A stretch of DNA of 61,581 bases, filler included. It is 9 parts of 9 records of this genome, joined end to end, with 100 filler letters (N's around TTAATTAATTAA, not from the genome) between each part and the next. Parts side by side here need not be neighbours in the genome. Positions count along the whole stretch, not along the records: positions 20,771 to 29,118 come from SRR31147125_14028; positions 29,219 to 34,431 come from SRR31147125_14067; 7 more parts are not named here. One strand, written 5' to 3'. Below the pieces are notes generated by a model that was not told where the DNA came from, searched no databases, and saw nothing but the letters and a program-made list of their open reading frames with translations. The position numbers and the translations under genes were made by a program. This document shows, piece after piece, positions 20,989 through 31,682 of this stretch; position 1 is the stretch's first letter, and every line of letters starts with the position of its first letter.

Positions 20989-21405
20989 TCGGATCGATGT
21001 TTTGCCCGAATCCCAAATGGCCACCTTACAAAACGCCATGGGAGATTAAGGAATTTTTAGCAATAGAAAAACCAATAAAACGTGATAAATCAGCCCTGGC
21101 ATTATATTAAAATACATCGCTAAATCAGCATTCATGCGATTTAGCGATGACTATATTTAACCGACAACCCATCACATTTAATCAAATCCATGATATCCGG
21201 CATATTGGGCCGGATAAAAATAACACACCATTTCAGGGAGCCCCCTGGAGACGCCCGCCCACACGCCTGGCACAAAAAATGTAATACCTTCCGGAATAAA
21301 ACGTTTCCGGTCCTGATCCGGACCGGAACCATCCATATGCGCATCAACTTTCCTGCGCCGGCATGATCCTGTGGCACGCTGTCGGCGCTTCTTGAAAAAC
21401 AGGGA

Positions 21406-21885
21406 GTGACAATGCCTTCATCTATACAGGATATAAGCGGTCTTGTCTTCAGGCAACGGGTCCAGTCCGATATCCGTGAGTTATCCCTGAACGGAAAGAT
21501 GCTGATTGTTTTATTGCAGTTTGACGGAAAAAAATCCCTGGGCCGTGTGGCCCGGCAGGCGGAGCTGAGCCTGACCGCCATCCGTCCCATTGTCAGCCGG
21601 CTGCTCAAAGCAAGGCTGATTGAACAGGTGAAGCGCGCCGTCGAAACAGCGGACTCGGAATTCATTGAGGCGCTTGTATCCCGGCTGTCCATTGCCATAG
21701 GCCCCCTGGGCAGCTTTGTGGTGGATGACGGCCTGGAACTCATGGGGTTTGACCGGACCACCCTTCCTGCCCACAGGGCGGCGGAACTGGTCACCCTGGC
21801 TTCCCATGACATTCCAAGACAAGAAAAAAAGAGGGGTTTCATACAGGACATGGATCTTATCCTCAGGCAAAAGGGATACCGGTAA
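21406..21885 (+). CDS. hypothetical protein, N-terminal winged-helix-like domain
   Basis: VLLQFDGKKSLGRVARQAELS...IVSRLLKARLIEQV is wHTH-like; C-terminal IGPLGSFVVDD helical domain; GGGAG RBS. Confidence 0.6.
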   Translation: MTMPSSIQDISGLVFRQRVQSDIRELSLNGKMLIVLLQFDGKKSLGRVARQAELSLTAIRPIVSRLLKARLIEQVKRAVETADSEFIEALVSRLSIAIGPLGSFVVDDGLELMGFDRTTLPAHRAAELVTLASHDIPRQEKKRGFIQDMDLILRQKGYR

Positions 21886-21948
21886 AAACGGAGGGATGCC
21901 TCTCCCGGTAAGGAACAAGGTCTTTGCATCCCGGATTAGGAGAATACG

Positions 21949-23262
21949 GTGAAGATAGAATGCAGTGAATGCGGACTCAGGTACAGGATTGATCCCGAAA
22001 AGATCACAGCCCCCGGGGCACGGTTTAAATGCAAAGGGTGCGCGACGGTTATCTATGTCGACAAAAAGGCCCTTCCAGGCCCGGCGCCCCTTTCACATGA
22101 GGATGAGGGATCAGGCAACAATTTGCCTCCGGCCCCCGGGGAAAATACCCAGGAACTTACTTCAACCCACCGTCCCCCGGAACCCGGTTCCCCAAAGCCC
22201 TTCCATCTCGGCCTCACCGCCAAGGTGATTTTTCTGATGCTCACTGTCAGCCTGATCCCAGGCGGGATCTTTTTTGCCCTTTCATCCAAATTTTCCCATG
22301 ATCGCATACTGGCCCAGACGGATGAGGCCGGGATAATGGTTGCGGGCCAATTGGCATTCCAGATTGATGAATGGATCGATAAAAACCTGAGGTGCATGAA
22401 AGCCCTGGCCGAAACCGAAGGCATCCGGTCCATGGCCTCCCCGGGCCAGGAAGGGGTGCTGCAATCCTTTCAACGACGGTATCCCTGGATCTATCTTGCA
22501 TTCACCACGGATATCCACGGCAATAATATTGCCCGCAGCGACGGCAATCCTTTAAAAGACTACACGGGCAGGCACTATATCCGGGATATTGCCGACGGCC
22601 GGGAAGATGCCTGGCAGAATCTGATCGGCAAGACCTCGGGCAAGCCAGCCCTGGTTCTGGCCGTTCCCATAGAACACCAGGGACAGCACCTGGGTGTACT
22701 GGCTGCGGCCATGACCCGGGACGCCATTTCAGAGCGGGTGGCCACATTAAAAACAGGCAACACCGGTTTCAGTTTCCTGGTGGATACCGCCGGCCTGGTG
22801 GTGGCCCATCAAAACAAGACCTTTGTCATCGGTCAAAAGGACATGAGCACCCATCCCCTGGTCATGGCGGCCAAAAACGGCAAAAAAGGAAGGATTGAAT
22901 TCAGGAACCCGGACGGAGACCTGTGTATCGGGTTTACCCATAAAACCGCACTGGGATGGATTCTGGCCGTGCAGCAAAATAAAACCGAAGCCCTGGCCCC
23001 CCTTAAAAAAGCCCGCAATTCAGCCCTGATCCTCCTGGCCGCCACCCTGGTGGTGGTCGTCCTCATCGCCCTGTTCGCCGCAAAAACCATTGTCACCCCC
23101 ATCAGGGCGCTGACCGATGCGGCCAACCGGATCAGTGTCGGGGATCTGGATGTTGAAATCAAAACCCGTTCCCGGGACGAAATCGGTGAACTGGCCGAGG
23201 CTGTCACCCGGCTCCAGGACAGTATCCGGATTTCAATCTCACGGCTCAGGCGCCTGAGATAA
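21949..23262 (+). CDS. zinc-ribbon + dCache + HAMP membrane sensor with no output domain
   Basis: CSEC...CKGC MJ0042-like zinc ribbon, Pro-rich linker, TM, Cache (GKTSGKPALVLAVPI, FLVDTAGLVVAH), TM, HAMP (PIRALTDAANRISVGDL...DEIGELA), then stop. Confidence 0.85.
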   Translation: MKIECSECGLRYRIDPEKITAPGARFKCKGCATVIYVDKKALPGPAPLSHEDEGSGNNLPPAPGENTQELTSTHRPPEPGSPKPFHLGLTAKVIFLMLTVSLIPGGIFFALSSKFSHDRILAQTDEAGIMVAGQLAFQIDEWIDKNLRCMKALAETEGIRSMASPGQEGVLQSFQRRYPWIYLAFTTDIHGNNIARSDGNPLKDYTGRHYIRDIADGREDAWQNLIGKTSGKPALVLAVPIEHQGQHLGVLAAAMTRDAISERVATLKTGNTGFSFLVDTAGLVVAHQNKTFVIGQKDMSTHPLVMAAKNGKKGRIEFRNPDGDLCIGFTHKTALGWILAVQQNKTEALAPLKKARNSALILLAATLVVVVLIALFAAKTIVTPIRALTDAANRISVGDLDVEIKTRSRDEIGELAEAVTRLQDSIRISISRLRRLR

Positions 23263-26025
23263 ACGGCACCGTCTCCATCCGGTAAGGATGACCACCGGCA
23301 CAGCGGGAGCCTGGGGGCAGATTCCCGGCTCAGTGCATCCGGGCGCACCAAACCCTTGTGCAAATAGGCCAAGGGGCATCAGGGTGGGGACACGGACAAG
23401 GGCCATGATATCCAGGCCGTCCCCATCCCCGTCTCCGTCCAGGTCCTGGTGGGGTCTCACACGGACCCCGATGGCCTCTTCATGTAACAACCCGCAGCGG
23501 AAAAAGACCTTGGCCCTCACCCCATAGATCCGGCAGGCCGGAAACGGCCCGGCCGGGGGCGGTGTATACACGGCAGTCAGTCCGACGGCGGTAATACTGC
23601 CCCCGTCCGGGGCCGCCCATTCCATCCTCACCGGCCACCCGTCAGGATCAAGGGCGTCTATCTCAATGGCGGCGGTCTCCCCGGCAAGGATATCCCGGTC
23701 CGCCGTGACAGAAACCTGGGGAACCTTGTCGATGATGATATCCGCCCCTGTGGTGCCGCTTTCTGCCACGGCCCAGGGGCCTGCGACCCCATAGGCGTCC
23801 CCCAGGTTGAATATCCCGTTATGATCCGCATCCCAGACCCCGATAAGGCCCGCATGGGCCCCGATGGGCAGCCGTTCCAGGGTAAACGGGCCCGGTGCGG
23901 CCGTCCAGTCCGAGGACATGGCCCATGTTCCATGGGGAATGGGACCGTTCATGGCCGTGATAAAGAGATGGCCTTTGCCGGAGTACCCCGGGCAGAAGAC
24001 CGTCCCAGAAAGGGAACTGGTATTGATGCGTATGCCTGTATGGTTCCAGTCCAGACAATTCTCCCCATAACAATTGAATCGGGTGCCGGCACTGGCCTGG
24101 ATATGAAATCCGTTCAAATCTGAGCCCAGTGCGGATTCAATATCAACCGCAGGAATCTTCCATTCGATAAATTGCCGGGATTCGGAACCTGCGGCATAAC
24201 TGCCGTCCGTATAGTCGGTAAAGGTTCCGGACCTTGGATCGTAATACCGGGCTGTCCATTTGGAACCGTTAAAATAGGTGCTGACATAGATATCGTATCT
24301 CTCGAATGTTCTGCCCAGGGAAAACCCATAGGGATCAGCGTCTGCCAAACTCAGGGTATCGAAAAAATCCATGGCAAAATAATAGAAATCTGCATCCCTG
24401 GCCATGTATACCCCGTTTATATCCTTGGTTTTGCTGTCATTTTGTGGATCGGAAAAGATACGGGCCCCGGCCGGCCAGTCCGCCGGATTCCCGTCCAGGG
24501 CAATACTCAATAAGGGAAGGGTAAAGTTTCCCGAGGGCTGAAGGTCAAAGACACGGACCGCATCCTCATTGGTGACGACTCCGGTTAAAAAACCGTTCAT
24601 CACAGGGGGTGAGGGGAAACTTCCCGGAACAATGCGGTCATAGACATTAAACCGGGGAAGTTCGGCCCGCAGGTCCATGGAAGGCTTGCCCGCATTTCCG
24701 AACACCGCGTTGGGGTCCACAAAAGGCACGCCCGGTTCAACCAGCACCCGTTCCCCGGTAAAATTGCCGCTCCGGGTAAAGGCGCAATCCGTAAGCTCAT
24801 AGGTGCCTGCGGTCATTTGATCCCCATTGAGCGTGGCCCTGAGGGTTACGGACCTGGGGCAGCTCCAGCCGTATGAAGCCCGGATCTCAACCTGGTCCCC
24901 TGAAATATCAAATCCTGTGACACCAGCGCTGCAGAAAAGAAAATCACAATTATACAAGCCTTTGGCATACCCGCTGATAAATTGGCCGGTCCTCGCCATT
25001 TTGACATCCAGAACCACCTTGCCGGCGCCGGCCGCGTCCGTCAGAATCCATACCTCCCGGTCATCAAGGCTGAAATCAGCAGAACGGTTTTCTTTCAAGG
25101 AGGCTTCCAGTTCCGCCACCTGATGCATGAAGGCAGCGGCCTCTTCCTGATCCTGGGCGGTTTTATAGAAAAACAGATGTTGATTGCGTCCCCCGGCCTT
25201 TAAAATTTCATGGGCCTGGCCCGCATACTCCGCAGCCAGGAGGAGATCCGCCCTGGCATTGTCCAGACGGCCCTGCCCGTCTGCCCCCGAAAGAAGTTCA
25301 AACAGATGGGGATACCGGTCTAAAATATCCCGCTGGATCTGCCCCATACCGGAATTGGTTACGGCAATCACCTCTCTGAGGTCAACCTCCAGGTTATAGG
25401 CCGTCATCAGGCTGATAAAAGACCTTAATGCATAGAGTCCTGCCTTAAGGACGAAAATATCCCCCTTGTCGATGGATACGGGCAGATCGCCGCTTTCCCG
25501 GGCGGTAATGGTGGTGGTGTAGAACATGTCCACCTGCTCAAGGTCGTTGATGGACCCATCCAGGCAGTCCGTAAAGGATCCGGTTAAAAAGGCTGCAGCC
25601 TCTTGGGCCGTGGGCATGGTATCGGGCGGGTGGTATAACCGGTTGACCTGGGGCAGCACGGGATTAATCGGCTTATCCAAATCCGCCTGGCAGGCGTACT
25701 GGATACCGAACGCCTCCAGTATATCCCTCAGTGTTTCAGTGCCGGGCTCGGCCCCCTTTGTCAGGCCAAAGACTGCAAGCCGGGACAGAGATCTGAAAAA
25801 CCTGGCATCCTGATCTGAGGAATCATCATCAAGGCCCGCCTGAAAACAGGCATCAGCCGCAGCTATTGCCCCATAGGTCGGTCGTCCGCCGGGCTCTCCG
25901 CTGTTGAACAATAAATAACGGCCCTCCTCAACCTTTTCCTGGGAAAAAGATGAACCTGCCGCATCCATAACCTGGAAAACCAGAAACATGGTGATCGCAG
26001 CCACCATCAGGTGTTGTCCCTTCAT
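23239..26025 (-). CDS. large secreted hypothetical protein with a CBM9/DOMON-like segment and Ca-binding (dockerin/EF-hand-like) motifs
   Basis: Signal peptide; IALDGNPADW...DINGVYMARDADFYYFAM; WDADHNG; DLDGDGDGDGLD; AAGGAG RBS. The exact C-terminus is uncertain because it overlaps the convergent gene. Confidence 0.65.
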   Translation of the reverse strand: MKGQHLMVAAITMFLVFQVMDAAGSSFSQEKVEEGRYLLFNSGEPGGRPTYGAIAAADACFQAGLDDDSSDQDARFFRSLSRLAVFGLTKGAEPGTETLRDILEAFGIQYACQADLDKPINPVLPQVNRLYHPPDTMPTAQEAAAFLTGSFTDCLDGSINDLEQVDMFYTTTITARESGDLPVSIDKGDIFVLKAGLYALRSFISLMTAYNLEVDLREVIAVTNSGMGQIQRDILDRYPHLFELLSGADGQGRLDNARADLLLAAEYAGQAHEILKAGGRNQHLFFYKTAQDQEEAAAFMHQVAELEASLKENRSADFSLDDREVWILTDAAGAGKVVLDVKMARTGQFISGYAKGLYNCDFLFCSAGVTGFDISGDQVEIRASYGWSCPRSVTLRATLNGDQMTAGTYELTDCAFTRSGNFTGERVLVEPGVPFVDPNAVFGNAGKPSMDLRAELPRFNVYDRIVPGSFPSPPVMNGFLTGVVTNEDAVRVFDLQPSGNFTLPLLSIALDGNPADWPAGARIFSDPQNDSKTKDINGVYMARDADFYYFAMDFFDTLSLADADPYGFSLGRTFERYDIYVSTYFNGSKWTARYYDPRSGTFTDYTDGSYAAGSESRQFIEWKIPAVDIESALGSDLNGFHIQASAGTRFNCYGENCLDWNHTGIRINTSSLSGTVFCPGYSGKGHLFITAMNGPIPHGTWAMSSDWTAAPGPFTLERLPIGAHAGLIGVWDADHNGIFNLGDAYGVAGPWAVAESGTTGADIIIDKVPQVSVTADRDILAGETAAIEIDALDPDGWPVRMEWAAPDGGSITAVGLTAVYTPPPAGPFPACRIYGVRAKVFFRCGLLHEEAIGVRVRPHQDLDGDGDGDGLDIMALVRVPTLMPLGLFAQGFGAPGCTEPGICPQAPAVPVVILTGWRRCRLSQAPEP

Positions 26026-26050
26026 AGCCAGCTCCTTGTTTATATTGTGT

Positions 26051-26760
26051 CTATCCGTTCGGGTGACCCTTTGCCATATTCAGCATAATATCCGTGGAAA
26101 GGATTTTTCCGCGGATCCGCCGCGCCCCGATCCGCATCACATACCCGTCTTCCGTATGAAACCGCCGGGTGGCGGGATTAAAATTGAGACGGCCGGCACT
26201 CAGCCGTTTTTCCCCTGATACGATCCGGACATTCCCCCTCAAAAGGACATTTTTGTCCCGGATATCATACCGGGCTTCATCGGCCAGGATCCGGCTCAGG
26301 ACCGTTCCATCCATATGGGTATCAATCTGTACGGGCCTGAAAACCACAGAGGAAATCCCATGGATTTCAAACATGGGCATCCCCCTGATCGCCGATTCCC
26401 ATCCACCGTCGTCCAGTACCTTAGTGGAGGTTCCGGCGGGGTAGCTATACCGGTGCACACGGATGGCGGCGCTTTCAAATTCAGCTTCATTCAATAGGCC
26501 GACACTTAAAAACCCGATTTTCTCCTTGAAATCGTAAAGCCTTTTGCATCAATGGCCAGTACACCCCTGCCTTTAACATATCTTTTGTATCTGAAGTCTT
26601 TGATACGATGGATATGGGATAGATCCCGGGGAGAATCCAGAAATTTGTCACCCTGCCGGATTCCTTTGTTTTTCGGATAAAATACGGCAGTGGCGGCAGT
26701 GGTGCCGACCATGAAAAAAACAAGCACCCAGATTAAATCGGACAGGTTTTTGAAACCCAT
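26051..26760 (-). CDS. LptC/OstA-like beta-jellyroll protein, split by a homopolymer frameshift near 26510
   Basis: N-terminal TM (MGFKNLSDLIWVLVFF) ORF ends GGT TTT TAA; one extra T joins it to LNEAEF...ILADEARYD...LLRGNVRIVSGEKRLSAGRLNF. Confidence 0.55.
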
Positions 26761-27090
26761 TAAAAATGCCTTTATAAAGATTAATATGCCCATACCGCCT
26801 GAAACAAGAATAACGCCGGTGTAAAAAGAGAGGATAGAATAATAAACGGGAATCCGGCACAAAACCATGAACCTGTGTGAAGATACGTAGAATAGAAAAA
26901 CGGAGTTTGTCAAGCAGGATCCACACTTTCCTTGACAAAAAACAGGCATCCATTTTATCCTGAAAACAAATTTCGTATCCGGCACTTCTTAACCGGCCGG
27001 ATGTTCCAGCATTCAGACCTCTCCATGGTGATGCTGAAGGCCCATTCAATGAAAAATCAAAAATTTAGATGCAAATTGGGGATGTAAGGA

Positions 27091-27714
27091 ATGAAAAAAA
27101 TAATTTTAATTATTCTTATTATTGCCGGGGGGGTCATGGGGTACCGGTTTATAGACAGGGACCCCGGGTATCCCATTAAAAATATTCCTGTTTCCGTATC
27201 CCGCATTGTCTGTTTCGGGGACAGCCTGACATACGGGGTAGGCGCATCCAAAGGGCTGGACTATCCCTCCCGTCTGGCCGACATGACCGGGATAGAGGTC
27301 ATCAATGCGGGTGTGTCCGGTGACACAACAGCCCAGGCACTGGAACGGATGGAAGAGGATGTATTGGAATACGAACCCGATGTGGTCCTGATTACCCTGG
27401 GCGGAAATGATCTGAAAAACCGGGTGGGCCAAGCAACCGCCCGGGCCAACCTCACCGCTGTGATCCGGACCATCCAGGATACCGGGGCCATGGTGATTCT
27501 CGGGGGAATAGAGATCCCGCTTTACGGCAAAGGATATGCAAACATGTTTGAATCCGTGGCCAGGGAGACCGGTGCGGTGCTCATCCCGAATATTTTTGAT
27601 GGAATTATGGGTAAAAAAGGGATGATGAGCGATGCCATACATCCCAATAATAAAGGCTACCAGGCCATGGCAGGGTCTTTTCACCGGGCCCTGCAGCCCT
27701 ATCTCGTCCCGTGA
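27091..27714 (+). CDS. SGNH/GDSL arylesterase (TesA-like)
   Basis: FGDSLT, NAGVSGDTT, LGGND, DAIHPN blocks. Confidence 0.92.
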   Translation: MKKIILIILIIAGGVMGYRFIDRDPGYPIKNIPVSVSRIVCFGDSLTYGVGASKGLDYPSRLADMTGIEVINAGVSGDTTAQALERMEEDVLEYEPDVVLITLGGNDLKNRVGQATARANLTAVIRTIQDTGAMVILGGIEIPLYGKGYANMFESVARETGAVLIPNIFDGIMGKKGMMSDAIHPNNKGYQAMAGSFHRALQPYLVP

Positions 27715-27730
27715 TCATTCAGGCCGCGTT

Positions 27731-29118
27731 TTACCCGGCCGGCCCCTGGGGCTTTTCCCCTGGCAGAAAAAAGGCCAGACACAATCCAAGGATCGATGCG
27801 GCCGCCACCACGGCGAAGGCGGCCCATACCCCGTCCACCACCGTCTCCTGGAGAATGGCAAGGACCTTGGGGCCGATACCGGGGTCCATGGCGGACCTGA
27901 ACTCGGGGCTGAAGATCCGGGCCAGGTTTTCCCGGACCTGTGCGGCAATTTCAGGGGATAAGGCCCCAGGGTCAAACCCGGCAAAGAGCCGTGAAAAGAC
28001 CACACTGCCGCAGACCCCGACCCCCACGGTCCCGCCGAGGGTGCGGGCGAACTGGTTAAAGGAAGTGGCCGCACCCAGGTCCCGGGGTTCCACACTGTCC
28101 TGGACGATGAGGAGGGTGGAAAGGGTGACAAATCCCATGCCCAGGCCGATGAGGGTAAAGACGAAAAAGCAGTACCACAGGGCTGTGTCCAGGTGAAAGC
28201 CCAGGCAGAGCCAGGCCCCGGCCGCCATGAGCAAGCCTCCTGAAAGCGCCGCCCGCCTGCCCCCGACACGGTCCACCACCCGGCCCATGAGAAGGCCGCC
28301 CACAGACCAGCCCAGACTTAAGAAAAGCATGGCATATCCCACCACCATGGGGCTTTGGGACAAGCCCCCTGGAGAAAGAGGGGGGCATAGGCAAAAAGGG
28401 AGAACATGGAAAAGCTGGCCATGAATGTGACCCCGTTGCCCAGGGCGAATCCCGGATACCTGAAAAAGGAAAAATCCAGAAACGGATCCGGGGCCTTCAA
28501 TTCGGTCCGGACGAACAGGGTTCCGGCCCCCATGGATAGCAGGGCCAGGCCGATCCCGGGGCCGGATTTCCAGGGAATCTCCCTGCCCCCTGTCATGATC
28601 AGGATGAGGGCGGCCAGCACGGCCAGGCAGAAATAAAAAATCCCGGCCCAGTCCGGAGCAATCTGTTCCGGTTTTTCCCTCAGTTCCCTGAAAAAAAGCC
28701 GATCCCGGCCAGGGACAAAAGCCCCAGGGGAAGATTGATATAAAATATCCAGGGCCAGGAAAAATAAGTCACCATGAATCCCCCCAGGGTGGGGCCGATA
28801 ATGGAGGAGATCCCCCAGATTGAACTGGCCAGGGAAAGGGTTTTCCCCCGCTCGCCTTTCCGTGAGACATCGGTGAGCACCACATAGACCAGGGCGAATA
28901 TGCCGCCTGCCCCCACCCCCTGGAAGACCCGGGCCCCCACCAGAAATCCCATGGAGGGGGACGCACCCGCAGCCACAGAAGCGGCCACGAATAGAGTAAT
29001 GGCAACCATCATCAGGGTTTTGACGGCAAAAAGATCGGCCAGTTTGCCGAACACGGGCAGGGATACGGCCCGGGACAGAAAATAGGCGGAATAGACCCAG
29101 GCATAGAGGGAAAGCCCG
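27731..29118 (-). CDS. DHA2-type MFS transporter; 5' truncated, two homopolymer frameshifts (~28690, ~28368)
   Basis: Three consecutive ORF pieces: PVFGKLADLF, ARVFQGVGAGG, GPTLGG, WIFYINLPLG / DPFLDFSFF / FARTLGGTVG. Confidence 0.85.
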
Positions 29119-29218
29119 NNNNNNNNNNNNNNNNNNNNNNNNNNNNNNNNNNNNNNNNNNNNTTAATTAATTAANNNNNNNNNNNNNNNNNNNNNNNNNN
29201 NNNNNNNNNNNNNNNNNN
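29119..29218. other. artificial contig linker
   Basis: N44-TTAATTAATTAA-N44. Confidence 0.99.
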
Positions 29219-29288
29219 ACACTTATAATCAATATTTAACCCATGTAAAACCGAACAGTTCTTCTTATTAACTTTATACCCATTCAAA

Positions 29289-31511
29289 ATGAAATCCAAA
29301 TACACAATTATTGTAATCCTGTATTTTTTATTTGCAGGAATTCCGACAAATTCAACAGCACAACTTACACCAGGCGACATAGCCTTTGTTGGTTTTAATT
29401 CTGAAAATCCCGATGCGTTTTCAATTGTTACCCTAACCGAGCTCGCTGAAGGTCAAATAATCCATTTTACTGATGACGGCTGGCTTTCATCGGGAAGTTT
29501 TAGAAATAGTGAAGGAGCTCTTGATTGGACAATTCCACAGGGTGGCATTTCAAAGGGAACAATTGTTCTTTTTGAAAATAATCCGGATTGGTATGCAAGT
29601 ACAGGCATTGTTTCGGGTGGTGTCACATTAGCGAGTAGTGCTGATCAAATTCTGGCATATACAGGAAACGAAACCAATCCTAATTTCATTGCTGCTATTC
29701 AATTTTCAGGAAATGGCTGGGACAGCAATGCTACAAGCACATCAACCTCTGCACTGCCAACAGGATTAACAAACGATTCTACTGCAGTTGCTTTACCTGA
29801 AACTGAAAATGCCATTTATTGTGGCTCTTATTCCGGAATAAAAACAGATGAATTAATACTGATAAACAATCCGGATCGCTGGTACAGAAATAGTTCTCAA
29901 AGATTTGATATAACACCTGAATTATATCCTTTTGAAGTTTTCAGTGATATTACCGGAACTAAAGATTGGAACACAGCTACCAACTGGATAACATATTCTT
30001 TACCTACCCCGGATGTAAGCGTTTTAATCCCAAATGATAAAACAGTTCAAATAAATGGATTACCAACAGCTAACTGCAAAAATCTAATTATTGAACCGGA
30101 AGGATTTCTATTTCTAGAATCGGGATATTATTTAAATGTCTACAATAATCTCAAAATACAGTCGTATTCCATTACTAAAACCGGTGGAATTTCCGGTAAA
30201 GGAAATTTAATTGTTAATGGCAGTTCTACAATAGAAAGATACATGTATGGTGACTGTTGGCATATTATATCATCGCCGGTAAAAAATCAGACATTAGGTT
30301 CTTTCGCCGGAAATCCTGTTAATTCAATTCAACTAAATACCACATATAACGATTATGATTTAGCGCCTTACGATGAAACTACAGATGATTGGACTCCTTA
30401 CATAACTGACTCAAACTCTTCTTTAATAGAAACAGGAAAAGGTTATGTAATTCGAAGAACCGAATCGGGTAATGTAAGTTTTACCGGAGATTTGAATTTA
30501 AGCGATAACACAATTACAATAACACGAAATAATAATGGATGGAACTGCATAGGCAATCCATTCCCGTCAGCAATAATTGGTACCGGAACCGGCAGTTTTC
30601 TTACTGCCAACAGCGAACATTTAGACTCTGCTTATGCAGCTCTATATATATGGGATGAAGATCCAGGGAAAGTGGGAGACTATGTTACCTACACTGCTTC
30701 TTCTTCGTATAAACTTGCAATCGGACAAGGTTTTATTGTAAAGTCGAAATCAGCCAATGAGATATTAACCTTTGAAAGTTCGATGGCGGTTGAATCGGCT
30801 CCTTCTTTTAAATCGAAACAAACCGAACCGGTATTTATACGACTAACTGCAACAACCAATGAATTCAACAATTCAACCGAAATATATTTCAATGACAATA
30901 TGACTACAGGACTGGATCCAACTTATGATGCCGGTAAACTAAAGGGAAATCCCGATTTTTCATTTTATTCAAAATTGATAAATAGTAACGAACTTGATCT
31001 TTCTGTACAGGCAATTCCATTTCCTGAAACTGAAGAATTTAAGATTCCTCTCGGATTGTATTTCAGAAATGGAGGCGAAGTTACATTTACAGTACATTCA
31101 GAAAATATTCCAGCTGACCTACCTTTAATTTTGGAAGACAAAAAAATGAATACTTTAATTCATCTAAATAACAACAACGCAAATTATTCAACTTTTATGG
31201 AAGCCGAAGAAACTGAAACCGGTCGTTTCTTTTTATTAACCAACGAGAATCTGGCGACTAAAACTGATATTATTGAAAAAAATATTTTCTCGGTTCGATG
31301 CTTTCAAAAGACAATTATTATTGAAGGATTTGCCAATAGTAAAACACAATTCAAACTACTTGGCATAGATGGTAAAATTTATGCCGTAAAAAATGCCAAT
31401 TCAACAAATATCGACCAGATAAAAGTTAATCATATTCCTGCTGGAATTTATCTTCTGAATATTAAAAACGCGAAACAAAATCAAACCACAAAAATTATTA
31501 TTTCTGATTAA
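29289..31511 (+). CDS. secreted protein with T9SS type A C-terminal sorting domain
   Basis: Signal peptide (TA-Q); LTPGDIAFVGFN domain; WNCIGNPFPSAI; GLDPTYDAGK; CTD ending IPAGIYLLNI...TTKIII. Confidence 0.88.
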   Translation: MKSKYTIIVILYFLFAGIPTNSTAQLTPGDIAFVGFNSENPDAFSIVTLTELAEGQIIHFTDDGWLSSGSFRNSEGALDWTIPQGGISKGTIVLFENNPDWYASTGIVSGGVTLASSADQILAYTGNETNPNFIAAIQFSGNGWDSNATSTSTSALPTGLTNDSTAVALPETENAIYCGSYSGIKTDELILINNPDRWYRNSSQRFDITPELYPFEVFSDITGTKDWNTATNWITYSLPTPDVSVLIPNDKTVQINGLPTANCKNLIIEPEGFLFLESGYYLNVYNNLKIQSYSITKTGGISGKGNLIVNGSSTIERYMYGDCWHIISSPVKNQTLGSFAGNPVNSIQLNTTYNDYDLAPYDETTDDWTPYITDSNSSLIETGKGYVIRRTESGNVSFTGDLNLSDNTITITRNNNGWNCIGNPFPSAIIGTGTGSFLTANSEHLDSAYAALYIWDEDPGKVGDYVTYTASSSYKLAIGQGFIVKSKSANEILTFESSMAVESAPSFKSKQTEPVFIRLTATTNEFNNSTEIYFNDNMTTGLDPTYDAGKLKGNPDFSFYSKLINSNELDLSVQAIPFPETEEFKIPLGLYFRNGGEVTFTVHSENIPADLPLILEDKKMNTLIHLNNNNANYSTFMEAEETETGRFFLLTNENLATKTDIIEKNIFSVRCFQKTIIIEGFANSKTQFKLLGIDGKIYAVKNANSTNIDQIKVNHIPAGIYLLNIKNAKQNQTTKIIISD

Positions 31512-31521
31512 AAATTTCATC

Positions 31522-31674
31522 ATGAAAAATAAATCTCATAAAAAAATAAGCAGAAAAAAGGCAATTAAAAAAACCGGCATTGCCGCATTAACAGCCTCTA
31601 CCCTACTAATTTTAGACACACAAAAAGCCAGTGCAGCCTCGCATTTACCTGCACGTCCGGGCAGAGATCGATAA
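31522..31674 (+). CDS. 50-aa peptide with Tat-like leader; candidate RiPP-type precursor
   Basis: Below the ORF-track cutoff. MKNKSHKKISRKKAIKKTGIAALTASTLLILDTQKASAASHLPARPGRDR* fills the gap, 10 nt after the T9SS gene and 8 nt before the kinase gene. Confidence 0.8.
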   Translation: MKNKSHKKISRKKAIKKTGIAALTASTLLILDTQKASAASHLPARPGRDR

Positions 31675-31682
31675 TTTAAATT

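Noticed and set aside
21268-21283. Possible sigma-54 promoter TGGCAC-AAAAA-ATGTA
   Set aside because: The near-invariant -12 GC is GT, so support is too weak.
21141-21929. 262-aa minus-strand ORF
   Set aside because: Overlaps the plus-strand ORF 21406-21885, which has an RBS and a domain-like pattern; its own composition looks non-coding.
31522-31674. Lasso peptide precursor
   Set aside because: No lasso cyclase or B2 peptidase on the contig, and the peptide lacks the usual YxxP/penultimate-Thr leader; kept only as a non-lasso candidate.
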